NCBI GenBank assembly: GCA_009602735.1
Contig: WELA01002166.1
Span: forward strand, 144,476-208,475
Direction of reading: 5' to 3'
From: Mesotaenium endlicherianum
Lineage: Eukaryota
DNA length: 64,000 nt
Shown here piece after piece: positions 48,230-61,346 of this stretch; position 1 is the stretch's first letter, and every line of letters begins with the position of its first letter. The notes beneath the pieces were generated by a model. It did not search any database. It was not told where the DNA came from and worked only from the letters and a program-made list of their open reading frames with translations. The translations under genes and the position numbers were made by a program.

Positions 48230-48500
48230 AAACGATGGTACCCGATAAAAGCTGCAATTCGTTGAATCCCGTGGAACGCGGGAAAAGCCTCATTACACGA
48301 AATATACTGGTACGTGAAAAGCTGCAATTTTTCAATCTAGTGGTACGCGGGAAAAGCGTCTCATAACGAAAAACAATTGGTACATGAAATGATTGATAAA
48401 TGACCCCTCAGAACGCACTGGTACGCCAAAACGACCTACAAATCAGCACAATGAAATGGCACGCGATGTTTCTCGAAATAAAAAGGTACGTGGAATTATT
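48230..48500. repeat. Periodic TGGTACGCGGGAAAA-like array in the UROS/ESF1 divergent spacer
   Basis: Cores at 48238, ~48274 (variant), 48310, 48343, 48380, 48421, ~48459 (variant) and 48486; reverse complement of the 32.8-33.5 kb array core. Confidence 0.7.
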
Positions 48501-48729
48501 CAATTTCGAAGAATAGGCGGGTCCTAAGTCATTAGAACACTCCGTTTGCTGAACTAGTGGAACGCAAAAGTACCTCCTATTGCAGTCCTATTGTGTCCTA
48601 TTGCCTCATACCAGGCAAGAAGCAGTGGTACGGAGAAATACTTGTCACAAACAGACTGCCGACTACTAGTCTTCCCGTCACTGCCATAGTCTCTGCCAGT
48701 CGTTGCTAGTCCCGTCGATCGAGTTCCAA

Positions 48730-48792
48730 AGTGGGCCCAAAACCTGCCCCCACTTGCCCCCACTAGCCCGCACTGGCCCATAGCAGGCCCCT
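48730..48792. promoter_or_regulatory. Site II-like motifs (TGGGCC/GGCCCA) upstream of ESF1
   Basis: tgggccca at 48732 and ggccca at 48775, ~350 bp before the ESF1 ATG. Site II elements are common in plant ribosome-biogenesis promoters, but the motif is short. Confidence 0.3.
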
Positions 48793-49100
48793 CGACGAAA
48801 TTCGCCTCCCTCCGCACTTTTCCCAACTATTCCCCTCTGGCGAAAGAAGTCGAAAGCACGCCTTCGCGCACTCCAGTGCAGCCCAGTGCTGCCTAAAGAG
48901 GCAGGTCAATCATGCGAGGGGACCCTGTTAGAAGTGTTACTCGCCCTCCTGCGCGATCATAAGCACGACTCTTCGCTCACGTAGGTAGTGTGCTCAAGCC
49001 CCGCAGATCTTGATTTAAAAAAAAAGAGCGCTCTTCTGGCTACGCTGCTAGTGTGAGCAGTCAAAGAGGTGCTGGCTGGCTGTCCATTGGCGCAGTAGAA

Positions 49101-52100
49101 ATGGCACATAAGAAAGTGAAGAGGAGGGGAGGGGATGATCGGCCCTTTGAGGACTTGCCGGTCATCGAAGATACTCGCTTTGCCCGGCTGCATTCTGATC
49201 CTCGATTTCAGGTGACCTGGTGGCTCTCCTCGTGCCCTGGTGTCTCACGTGCAGTTAATCAATTAAGCCAACATGCCGTCTATGGTGGAAAACCTCAATA
49301 TTATCACCGCTCTCTATCCGATTGGGCAGCACCTTTGACGCTGGATAGTTTGGGAAAGAAAGTCACCGTGGTTGTGTTCCAGGAAGGACGTGAATACAGA
49401 GCAAGGTGACTGCAGGTTGAAACCCCCGAAATTCAACTCTACACGGGGTTAGAAGTTTAAACGATGCCGTAGAGGCAGCCAGGGGTTGAAGAAGCTGGCC
49501 ACTATATTTGTACTGCTTTGGGGGGGTCTCAAAATATCTTCACACTACGACCAGCACTAGTTCTGAGCTGGCGGGGGGACTCAGAGGGTGGGCGAGCGGG
49601 TGGTGGGGAGGGTAGGAGGTAGCACCTAGGAAGGATGACCCTCCCGTGGAGCTCCTTTCCTTGGCATCTGAAGGGAGGCTGTGAGGGGGATGCATGGGGG
49701 ATGCGCAAGGGAACCCGTGAGATGTCTTTCTTGGGTCTTCCAGATGGAGATGAGCCGGCGAACAGTTGCGGGCTGCTCTGGCCCGTTGGATTGGTGCCAC
49801 CTGGCGGTAGTCAGACGTGGAACCAGGGAAGCAACGGTGGATGTTACACTGTCGCGTATTTGGCACGAGCCACGATGGGCAATGCACGATGCGCAATAAC
49901 GCATATTATACATTGTTTAATCATGCAAAATCCTAAGTCTCATGATGGTCTGGTGCACGCCATGTGGCTACCAGTCGCTTGTCGTCGTCTTCAAGAGAGG
50001 TATTGTCAGCAAGACTGGTGACGTGGATTACTTCTAGAACTATCGATTACTGTCGTAATGATATTGATGATATGCATATTAACAGTCATTAATATAATGA
50101 TGTTACAATGATATTGACGATAAGCTATATTTGCTTGTGGGAGCAGAGGCTGCCCTCGACGAAGAGCAAGGTGGCCATTGACCCACGCTTTGCGTCCATG
50201 TTCTCCGACAAGAGCTTCGGGTCGGAGCGTGTCATTGATAAGAGGGGGAGGGCCGCAAAGGGGGGCGATGGCAAGAAGGCCCGTGGTGAGAACCTTCAGA
50301 AGTACTACCACCTGGAGAGGCCAGATAAGAAGGCCGGCAGAAGGGGCGGGGGGGAGGAGGAGCAGGAGGAGGAGGACGAGGTGGAGGAGGAGGGGCGGGA
50401 GCAGGTGGAGCAGGAGGAGGAGGGAGCAGAGAAGAGAAAGCAGAAGAAGGAGAAGAAGAAGAAGGAGAGTTCAACGGGGCCGAAAGAGATGCCACATGAG
50501 GAGGAGGAGGAGGAGGAGGGGGAAGAGGGGGGAGGACCGGGGGATGTGACAGCTGGCGGTGACAGGAGCTCTCGCAAGGCGCGGCGCGGCGTCGGCAGGC
50601 AGGAAGCGGCAGCACCGCCATTGGGGCCGACAAAGGCGAGGGCTAGAAGGCTGCTGCGAGTGGAGGCAGGGGCAGAGGCAGAGGAGGAGGCAGGGTCAGA
50701 CGACGACGAAGACGACGAGCAGCAGGAAGAGGACGGGGGAGAGAAAGATGGGTCAGACACAGGCGAGGAGGAAGAAGAGGAGGAGGCCGGGTCGGCTTCT
50801 TCATCGTCGTCGTCGTCGTCAGACGATGAGAGTGACGAGGGCGAGGTGGAGGAGCAGGGGGAGGAGGTACGCGTGCACTTGCGTGCGCCAGCTCAGCACA
50901 CTCTACTATACCCCCCCCCCTCCCCCCCCCTCTCACCCTCTTGCGCCGCCCTCTCGCCCTTACACGTATCACGTTCACAGCCCTCGCGGCGAGGTCAGGG
51001 TCTGAGAAGCCGGGGGTTTTGGGCGGCGGGGTTTAGGCCGAGGTTTGGCAGTGGTCAGGGCTGGCACCCGTCAGGGTTGGTTAGCTAGTCAGGTGCGGAT
51101 CAGGGTTGGGGTTGGGGGGAGGGTGTAAGGGGGCATGATTGGGTTGCAGGGTCCCAGCGGTGGGGGTGTGGGAGTGCAGGGGTTAGGTTTTGTATGAGGT
51201 AGTTGCAGTCTGTTCTTTGATTTGAGGGGGGTCAAGGTTTTGGGCTTAGGGTGTGGGTTTGGGTGTGGGGGTGGTCACTGGATGAGCCGTGAGGTGTTTC
51301 AGACCTTGACGTTTGCGCTCTTTCTTGTGCTCTTCCTTGTTCTCCTCAAGCGCGTTAGGGAGCCATGAAACCTACACAGAACCCTAAACTTCCAGAATCC
51401 CGCAAGCCGTAAGACCCTGAAACTGAAAGGAGCGCTGCTGCCTTTTGGGAGCGCGGACAGGAGAGGGTAGGCATCAGCCGGGGTTCGTCAGCTCGGGGTC
51501 AAGGGAAAGGGTTGACGTTGAGGGCCAAGGGCTTAGGGTTTAGGGGCCCGATTGGGAAGGGAGGGTCTTGGGGAACGCCGCGTGAGAGGGTGTGGGGCCT
51601 CTGTTCCTTGTGTGCGCTGCACCCCCGAGCATGGCCCTATTAAGCAAACTTTAGGCAGAGATTTGGATGCCACCTGACACCGAGCAAGGGACGGAGGCTC
51701 GGCATGGCCATGGTGGCCTTGCTGGCCTCACCGGACGCGCTCTCGCTGATGTCAGCGTCAGTGATCTGGACGCGGATGGTGGATATGGCCTCCGCCGTGG
51801 GCCGAGCTACGCGCGGGTGTGCCCTTGGGCTGCAGGCCACAGGCGTGGCCACAGGCGTGGCCACAGGCAAGGCATCATAGGCATAGGCATGGGTACTTAA
51901 CTCTGCTGGCGACTACAAAGGGCGCTCTATTAGGAATTGCAAAACCTTGGGCCCGGGCTTTTAGGGTTCGAGGTTTCAGTGATGGGCTAGGGCTTGGGGG
52001 GGCAAAGAGCTTGGGGTGGGGTCTAGGGCTTTGAATGTGTGGGGTTACGGGGATCGGGTTTCTGATCCAGAGATGAAGGGTGGGACGTAGCGGGGGGGAG

Positions 52101-55100
52101 TCTCGAAATCCTAAAATTGGAACTGAGTCATGCATGATGCGGGAGACGGCACATGTCGTGTCGTGTTGTCGGAAGGAGGACGGCAGAGAGCACGTGCCAG
52201 GTGTCGCAGTACGCACTCTTTTGGGTTGCAGGAGCACGCCTCCCCTCCCGATTGCCCTTTTACAGAATTCTGCAAAAGCTTTGGTGCTTGTTGGGCACCT
52301 CTTGCAGTCTCAAACTGATGCACCACACCGGTTTCCCTGAACAGAAGCACACACGCACACGCACACGCACACACGCACACGCCCACACGTGCAACCATAC
52401 ATACACACACGTGCACACACGCGCACACATGCACACACGCACACACACACACACACGCCCGCATACACTCGCGTACTAGCTATCAAGCGCTGCACTGAAA
52501 CTCTGTGCTGTGCCTTTATTTTGAACATCCAAAACTGACTCTGCCGTCCTGCCGCCGCTCGCCCCGGTCTGCTGGTGTGGGGGCTGACACCTGGCAGGAG
52601 GAGAAGATCCCTCTGACGGAGGATGCAACCCATCGGCTGGCTGTCGTCAACCTGGACTGGGACCACATCCGCGTGAGTGGCCCGGTTCCCCTTCCTCGTC
52701 TCTCAAATATTTTCTTCTAGTCTTGAGGCTCCCAAGTTGGTGCCTCCTCAGACTCTCCCTCTCCCTCTCCCTTTCACCCTCACTCTCTCTCCCTCTCCCT
52801 CTCCTTCACTCTCGCTCTCTCTCTATCTCCCTCTCCCTCTCCTTCTCCCTCTCCCTCTCCCTCACCTCCCTCTCCGTTGTCCTCTCCCTTTTCCTCTCCT
52901 TCCCCCTTTCATTTTCCTCCTCCTCTCTGTTCCTCTCCCCCTTCTCCCTCTCCTGATGCGCCATGTGTCATGTCATTGTCATTGTCAAGTATGGTCTGGC
53001 TGCATGTCGGCCTATTGGCTGTAACCGTCAGGCTCTTCCTTGCCGCCCCGGCTGCTGCTTCTTTTGGCCGGGAAGCGCCACGCATCTGCTCTTCCTTCAG
53101 TCTGCAACCTGTGTGTGCTGCTGATATGTGTCGAAAGCTTAGGCGTGGGAGTCAGTGGGCGTCAGTCCCGTCTGGTGACAGAGCATCGGCGGCTGGCTAG
53201 GTGTCGGCAGGTGTCATCAGCAGGTAGGTCAGCAGGCTGCTGACTCAACGGGGCGTTTTGAAGAAGGCAACAAAAAGGCAAGCCGTGACTTTGGACAGCA
53301 TGTTGATAGTTGATGCTGGTGAATCTGGTGAGTGCGCGGGGCGTGGGCAGAAGTGACTCCCGCCTGCCAGGATGCTGGCCCCTCGCGCGCTGTTATTTCG
53401 CGCGCTGCAATGCTGCTGCTGCCGGTGTGTGTGTGTCTCATATAGCACCCGCTTGTGTGGGTGTCAGTCTGTCTGTGGGCGAACACGCACGTGCACGTGC
53501 GCGTGCATTTTCTGCGTGTGTGCGTGTGTGCGTGTGTGCGTGTCTCACTTGTGTGCCGTTGTGTGTGTGCCCGTGTGTGTGCGTGTACATGTGCGCGCGT
53601 GTGCGTGCGTGCGCGTGTTTCTGAGAGGGAAATTATTGCAGGCGGTGGATATCCTGGTGGTGATGCACTCCTTCCTGCCGCCAAGTGGCGGCGCCATCCG
53701 CTCCGTGACGGTGTACCCGTCGGACTTCGGCATCCAGCAGATGCGCGAGGAGCAGGAGCTCGGCCCCGCCGTCCTCCGCGCCACCGCCAGCGCCGCCGCG
53801 CCCCTGCACAACGGCACGCCAGCTGGCACAAAGGAGGCGGGCGTCGCAAAACTGGGTGTTGCAAAACGGGGTGTCGGAAATCCCAGCGGTGCACAGCCGG
53901 GCGGCAAGGAGGGGAAGCAAAAGGAGGAGGAGGAGGAGGACGAGGAAGGAGAGGAGGACGACGAGGAGGACAAGGAGGAGGAGGAGGAGGAGGAGGAGGA
54001 AGAGCAGGACAAGGAGGACGAGGGTGATGAAGAAGAGGAGGACAAGGAGGCACTGGTGGCGGCGACAGCGGAGGAGGAGGACGATGATGATGAGGAGGAG
54101 GAGGAGGTAGGCGGGGGCAACGGGCGGGGGGACTTTGACCAGGACAAGCTGCGCGCCTACGAGAAGGCCAAGCTGAGGTGAGAGTGCTCCGGGAGGGGCA
54201 CACACACACACACACACTGGCGCGCCTTGAGCCCCCCTCAAAGGGCCTGCGTTGGGTCCGGATGGAGTCGCTTGCTCTCAGCTGTCTGGATTCAATGCAA
54301 CTTGCAGCGTCGCTCGGTTCAATGCATCTGGACGCTTGGCCCCGACAGACGGGCGAATATGCAGGACGGCAGAGCGGGACTCTGTGCTCACGAGCCTCGG
54401 AGTGTGCGTGTCTCTTTAGGTACGGCTGGTTCTGTTTGACGATGTGCTCGACGGCTCAACGCCTCAACGACACAACAACTCGACGGCTATACATACTCAC
54501 ACGCACACATACACACACACACACACACGCCACACCGAACCACACTCAAGCACACATACACACAGACCACATCCTGCGCCCCCCGTGCCCGCACCGGCAT
54601 GTCCCCCGTGGGCGGCAGGTACTACTACGCGTAGGTGAAAATACACCACACCCACCCACATCCACACACAGTGCGACTCCCTGAGCATGTGCGTGACTCG
54701 TTTGCGCGACTCACACGCCTCTGCCACTTGCCCCCGGGGCCCGGGCGTGCTGGCGGGCGGGCGGGCGGCAGGTATTACTACGCGGTGGTGGAGTGCGACA
54801 CGCGCGCGGCCGCCGGCGCGCTCTACGAGGCGTGCGACGGCCTCGAGTTCCAGCGCTCCTCCAACATGCTGGACCTGCGATTCGTGCCTGACGACATGCG
54901 CTTTGACGGCCGCGCCGTCCGCGACAGCGCAGCCGCGGTGCGTTGCTCGGGGTGAGGGGGGGGGCATATGCGTGCGTGTGCGCGCACGTGAGGNNNNNNN
55001 NNNNNNNNNNNNNNNNNNNNNNNNNNNNNNNNNNNNNNNNNNNNNNNNNNNNNNNNNNNNNNNNNNNNNNNNNNNNNNNNNNNNNNNNNNNNNNNNNNNN

Positions 55101-57371
55101 NNNNNNNNNNNNNNNNNNNNNNNNNNNNNNNNNNNNNNNNNNNNNNNNNNNNNNNNNNNNNNNNNNNNNNNNNNNNNNNNNNNNNNNNNNNNNNNNNNNN
55201 NNNNNNNNNNNNNNNNNNNNNNNNNNNNNNNNNNNNNNNNNNNNNNNNNNNNNNNNNNNNNNNNNNNNNNNNNNNNNNNNNNNNNNNNNNNNNNNNNNNN
55301 NNNNNNNNNNNNNNNNNNNNNNNNNNNNNNNNNNNNNNNNNNNNNNNNNNNNNNNNNNNNNNNNNNNNNNNNNNNNNNNNNNNNNNNNNNNNNNNNNNNN
55401 NNNNNNNNNNNNNNNNNNNNNNNNNNNNNNNNNNNNNNNNNNNNNNNNNNNNNNNNNNNNNNNNNNNNNNNNNNNNNNNNNNNNNNNNNNNNNNNNNNNN
55501 NNNNNNNNNNNNNNNNNNNNNNNNNNNNNNNNNNNNNNNNNNNNNNNNNNNNNNNNNNNNNNNNNNNNNNNNNNNNNNNNNNNNNNNNNNNNNNNNNNNN
55601 NNNNNNNNNNNNNNNNNNNNNNNNNNNNNNNNNNNNNNNNNNNNNNNNNNNNNNNNNNNNNNNNNNNNNNNNNNNNNNNNNNNNNNNNNNNNNNNNNNNN
55701 NNNNNNNNNNNNNNNNNNNNNNNNNNNNNNNNNNNNNNNNNNNNNNNNNNNNNNNNNNNNNNNNNNNNNNNNNNNNNNNNNNNNNNNNNNNNNNNNNNNN
55801 NNNNNNNNNNNNNNNNNNNNNNNNNNNNNNNNNNNNNNNNNNNNNNNNNNNNNNNNNNNNNNNNNNNNNNNNNNNNNNNNNNNNNNATATATATATATAT
55901 ATATATTCATTATGAGGGAGATCAAGATGTGGGTGTACATTTATTTATACACGTCCATATATGTACACTTGTATGTGTGTATATGTACATGTATACATGT
56001 AAACTCGTAATATGTGTATGTCCCGACATGCATCGTCATTCTCGTCCCCATCGAGCATTTTCCTTGCTCATCCAGACAGCTACATGCTGCAGTTTTTTCA
56101 AAAAAATACTGCTCAATATGGCATTGCTGTTGCCTAGCTAAGTTCTTGCTGGGGTTGTCTCGCGCTCCCACAGCTGATCCTGAACATGCCTACGTGCGTG
56201 CATGCTCATGCGTGCTTGCATGTTCGTGTGTAATCGTGTGTGGATGTTTGTATGTGGATGTGTGTTTGCATGTATGTGTGTGTGTGTGCCTGCATGTGTT
56301 GGTGTGTGCGTGTGTGTGCTCGTGCGTGAGTGCGTGTGGCGGCGTCCTCTCTCTGCTCGCAGATTCCGGCGGACTACATGGCGCCAGACTTCACGACGAG
56401 GGCCCTCCAGCACAGCAGCGTGAAGCTGACGTGGGACGACGACGAGCCGACACGTGCTAAGGCCCTACGCCGCAACTTTGGAAACGACCAGGTGCGTGCG
56501 CTCGCTCTCTTGCCGCCACCTGTCCTCCTGAAAGTGACGCTTATCCCCTTCGCTGACACTTTGCCCCTGCCATCCGCTATCTGCCGTTGCCTATAGCAAT
56601 GCCTCTTTTGACATGCAGACGCGATTCCAGTTCCCACCGAAAGTGACACCAGTCCGCATCGGGAGTCTGACACTTGCCCCCGCCCGCCAAAGCATACTCC
56701 CTGTCCCCTGTCCTGCTGCCCTGTCCCTGTCAAAAGTGGGCCCCCATCGAGGGCGTGTCTTCACAGGCCTCCACCTGTCCCCGTCTAGAGCGCTGCAACA
56801 CCGCTGAGAAGACACATAACAACTCACAGTCTTCCCGACTCAGTGTTACCCCAAGAAAACACCATGCAACTTAAGAACCTCACACCCCCCCCCNNNNNNN
56901 NNNNNNNNNNNNNNNNNNNNNNNNNNNNNNNNNNNNNNNNNNNNNNNNNNNNNNNNNNNNNNNNNNNNNNNNNNNNNNNNNNNNNNNNNNNNNNNNNNNN
57001 NNNNNNNNNNNNNNNNNNNNNNNNNNNNNNNNNNNNNNNNNNNNNNNNNNNNNNNNNNNNNNNNNNNNNNNNNNNNNNNNNNNNNNNNNNNNNNNNNNNN
57101 NNNNNNNNNNNNNNNNNNNNNNNNNNNNNNNNNNNNNNNNNNNNNNNNNNNNNNNNNNNNNNNNNNNNNNNNNNNNNNNNNNNNNNNNNNNNNNNNGGGG
57201 GGGCATCCTCTCTCGCCTCCTCCTCTTTCCTTTATGTGGAAACGCATGCACGTAAGAGTGCGAGCGAGCAAGCGTGTGAGTGCGCAAGTGTGCGAGTGCG
57301 CGGGTGTGCGGGTGTGCCAGTGCGAGCGCGTGTGTGCACTTCCCTCCATATGAAGAGCGTGCGTGCGTGCA

Positions 57372-57415
<44 letters not shown>

Positions 57416-60400
57416 TGATTTCATTGGAACCCGCCTTCTGCTGCAGCAGCCTTTGGATGTGGGACTTGCTGGAGGAGGGTCGGGTGTTGGTGCCGGATCG
57501 TGTCACGTTTTTGAGTGCACATGCATCGTCTGTATCTTTGTTAATGGGCAGTGGGCCAGAGTGAACGAGAGCTTAACTGTACAAGTAGTACGTCCGGCAT
57601 TTGACAGCTCTCCTCCCCGCGTTTGCCCCGCCCTCTTCATCCCTCTCTTTTGATCTTCTGGCCCCTCCACCTTGTAAGATTTTCGCTGGCCTGCCACCGG
57701 TTCTGGCTCGCTGCGGCGGTGGGGGTAATTCTGGCGCTGCAGCTGGTGCTGCTGGTGGTGCTGCTGCTGCTGCTGCTTGTGGCGGTGGTGGCGGTGCTGA
57801 CAATGAGCGGGCGCGCGCAACTGACTGCGATGATGGGTGGTGGGTGTTGGGCGGCGGGGCAGATCAACGACATGGACTTCCAGGACTACCTGGCATCTGG
57901 CTCCGATGACGATGACGACGATGACGAGGAGGAGGAGGAGGAGGACGAGGACGACGAGGGTAAGCACAAGGGGAGAGGTGGCGGAGGAGGCGGCGGCAAA
58001 GAGCTGGGTCAAGAGGGAGAGGCGGAGGATGAGGAGCAAGGAGAGGAAGGAGGAGGCTCAGGAGGGGCAGAGGGAGGGGGAGGGAGCGTGAACGGAACGA
58101 CCGGCAGGGCGTCGGGGCCCAAGTCGAAGCGAGGGGCCAAGCTGAAGGCGCCGGGGGCGGGGCAGGAGCCACCAGCCGGGGGTGACGGGGGGTCAGAAAG
58201 GGCGGCAAAGGCAAAGGACAAGGGCAGCAGGAAGGTGGAGAGGCTGCGCGAGAAGTATCGCTCTCTGCTACTGAGCGGTCCCATAGGGGGGGTCAACGCC
58301 AAGCAGAGGGGGAGGGGAGGGGGGAGCTCTGCAAAGTCGGCTGCGGGGGGCGTGGGAGCGGGAGAGGGGCAGGAGGACGACGGCGACGGGGGGGAGGAGG
58401 AGGACATGGAGATCACGTTTAACACGGGGCTGAGCGAGCTGGCGGACAAGCTGCAGCAGAAGAAGAAGGAGAGGGAGGTCCAGGAGACGGAGACAGTGTG
58501 GGAGGCGTACCTCCGCAAGAAACGCGAGAAAAAGAAGGCCAAGAAGCTGGCAAGTGGCGGGGGCGGCGGCGGGGCAGGGGGCGTGGGGGGCAAGGGAGGA
58601 GGGCAGGAGGGCAGCAGCGACGGCAGCGAGGAGGAAGGGGGGGGGGGAGCGGGGGGGGACCACGACCCGTTCTTCACTCATGAGGAGGATCCCTTCAGCG
58701 ACCCCTTCTTTGCTGACGCCCCGGGTGGTGTGGGGGTAGATGCGGACGGCGCCGCCGCGAGCAAGCACCAGGTGGCGGGGGCGGGTGCGGGCAGGCTGGG
58801 GGGGAGGATGACGGCGGAGGAGAGGGAGAGGCGGCGGGAGGAGAAGGAGAGCGCGAGAAGGGAGGAGGAGCGCCGGCGGGCCGACCTGGAGCTGATTCTC
58901 ATGGACGACCACGGCGTACAGAACGCTGCCAAGGGGTTCAACCTGAAGAGCGAGGCGGCAAGGGCGAAGCAGAGGGAGGCCGCGGAAAATGCAAATGGGG
59001 ACGGGGGCGGGGGCGGGGGCTTGGGTGCCGGCGCGGGCGCAGGCGGGAAGAAGGGGAGGAAGGGGAAGAAGGGGGGGAGGAAGGCGGAGCGAGGTGAGGA
59101 CGAGGACGAGGACATCGAGGCGGTGATTCAGCAGAGGGCGAGGCGCGGGAAGGGGGGCGAGAGGGCGTCGGACAACGGCGGGGGCAGTGCGGGAGGGGTG
59201 GAGGGGAAAGCGGCGGCGGCGGCTCGGGCCGAGTCCACCGTCGATTTCGAGGATCCGCGATTCTCGTCGCTGTTCACCTCGCACCACTTTGCGATCGACC
59301 CGACGGACCCTAACTTCAAGCGGTGGGTACTCGCTCCCCCCTCTGCCCCCCTCTCTGCCGCCCCTGCCCATAACTGACTCCCCACAGCTTCTCTCTCCTG
59401 CCAGCTCGCCAGCTAGGTTGTCCTGCCAGCTCCCCAGTCTGCCAGCTGTCGTGCAGGCTGCCAGGTCGGGTTAGAGAGCTGTGCAAGAGCAGTGTCGTCA
59501 CGAGTCCCGTGTTTGACCTCATGATCGTGATATGATCGTGATGTGATCATGAATGTGCTCTATCCGGGGGGTGTGTCGACGTGCTGCTCAAGCCTGTTTT
59601 AAACGGCCCAGCATGACCGCAGCATGCCCGTCCCTCTGCTCTGGGGCTGCCTAGTCATCCGGAGAAGGCGTGTGGCCATCTGTCCTTGCGCCACTTGGCG
59701 GGCTTTGGAGAGCTCCATCCCCATCGTGCGTAGCAACGGGTGTGCCGTGTTCTGAAAGTCTGGCCTTGGAGGACTCATCTGTGCCACAGACCAGTTCGAC
59801 GGCCAGTGAGAACGCGCCACTTACCTTCTCCCTGTTGTGGGACACTCATGCGGGCCTCGGCCGCCCCCCCCAATGAAAGCTTCAAAGCCGCAGTGTAGTG
59901 ACCCCTTTTTCTTCATATTATTCGTATCATCCTTGAGCGAGTATCATCCCTTGTCTGGCACCCCCGCCACCTGCACTCGCTCCCTGCTTTCGCTTCTGCA
60001 GCGGCATCGCTCGGCTGCTCGCTTTCTTTATCCGTTGCTTGGCCTCTGCTGCTCGGACTGTCCCTCATATTACTGGCGCTCCTTTTTCTGTGGCTGCCGG
60101 CGCCTTGTCTGACTCGTCTCCTGCCCTCTCGCCTTTGCCTTCCCCTGTTCCTTCCCCTCGTCTCCGGTCGGCTCCCCACAGATCGACGGGCCAGATGAGC
60201 GTACTCGCCGAGAAGCAGCGTCGACGGCTGCAGCAGCCGCCGACAGCTGGCAACGGCAGCAGCGGTGTAAAGGGCACCCCTTTGACGGCGGCGAACGGCG
60301 CGGTGCAGCAGGAGACGGAGGCAGGGGCGGGGGCAGACAGGCGGCGAAAGGCGGAGCTCAGCTCTCTTGTCAAAAACCTTAAACGCAAAGTGGGAGGAGG

Positions 60401-60470
60401 GCAGGGCCGAGGTCCGGGTGGTGCCGGCAGCGGGGCCGACCCTCCTGCAAAGAAGCTTTCTCGGCGTTGA
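49101..60470 (+). CDS. ESF1: Pre-rRNA-processing protein ESF1 (NUC153 domain)
   Basis: Complete 8-exon model with consistent phases: 49101-49211 (DTRFARLHSDPRFQ), 50147-50866 (KVAIDPRFASMF..IDKRGR), 52598-52672 (THRLAVVNLDWDHIR), 53642-54177 (AVDILVVMHSF..SVTVYPSDFG..LRAYEKAKLR), 54772-54937 (YYYAVVECD..CDGLEFQRSSNMLDLRFVPD), 56363-56491 (ALQHSSVKLTWD), 57863-59322 (DPRFSSLFTSHHFAIDPTDPNFK), 60182-60470. Confidence 0.95.
52755..52950. repeat. CT-rich low-complexity tract in an ESF1 intron
   Basis: Degenerate (ctctcc)n run. Confidence 0.8.
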
Positions 60471-61346
60471 TGTGCTCGATGTTGCAACATGCCGGGGCTG
60501 TGGTTTAAAAGTTTCTTTTTTTTCTTTTTAAAAGGTAACTAGTATCACGAAAGGTAGGGGCCGTGTTGCGATCCTTGGATTGCAGAAAACTCGCTCTTGG
60601 TCTCCGAGGATTTCGCAACACCAAGATCTAGTTCCATACTTAAAGCATGCTGTCTTGAAAAAGTTGCTCTTGGAGTCTCAACTCCGAAAATAGTAAAACA
60701 GGGATATTTGTTTTTGGTCCTATCAAGTTAGGGAGTAGGCTTAAGTCCCATCATAATTTTACCGTGGAACTAATGTCACAAAGAGCAGCTGCATGCACCC
60801 TTGAGTAACTTTGACGTCTAGTTTTGTCGGGGCTCGAATGGCGAGAAGTCGCAAGGGGGGGCAAGTGAGTGGTGAGCTGGAGAGGGACACAGCACTCAGA
60901 GGAATTTTCCATGATATTTCTTTTGTGCAAACACGTTATAGCAATGCCATTTGTCATCTTTGTATTATGTCTTCTAGGTTCATTCTAGAGGTGTAAATAT
61001 GAACAATATGAGGTGTCAGAATGACTAACTACCCAACTCCTCTTCTATTTTGCAATTAGTTTGACCTTAGGTTGGTTCTTGGCATGAAGATCTTTCTTGT
61101 TTGGGGGGGTCATTCTTAGTTGCTATGCAAGTCGCACCCGAATATTTTGATCAGTTGTCAGAATGCGCCTCCATACGAAGGCACTTCATGTCACCAAATG
61201 GACTTATGATTTTAGAAACATATATGGTTTGTAGGGTTGTGTGTGGGGACCAATACTCTTTGGCTGCGCATTGTCAATGCAAAACATGGGTACCAACCTT
61301 TGATGGGACACATGTCGCAACTGGGTTGTCGGCAGACGCTAGGCAT

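Noticed and set aside
54687..56141. Long ORFs spanning N runs (also at 8.3, 42.4, 45.4 and 56.9 kb)
   Set aside because: They are open only because N codons contain no stops.
50232..59371. Antisense Ser/Pro/Leu-rich ORFs over ESF1
   Set aside because: They are shadows of GAG/GAC/GGC-rich acidic and glycine-rich exons.
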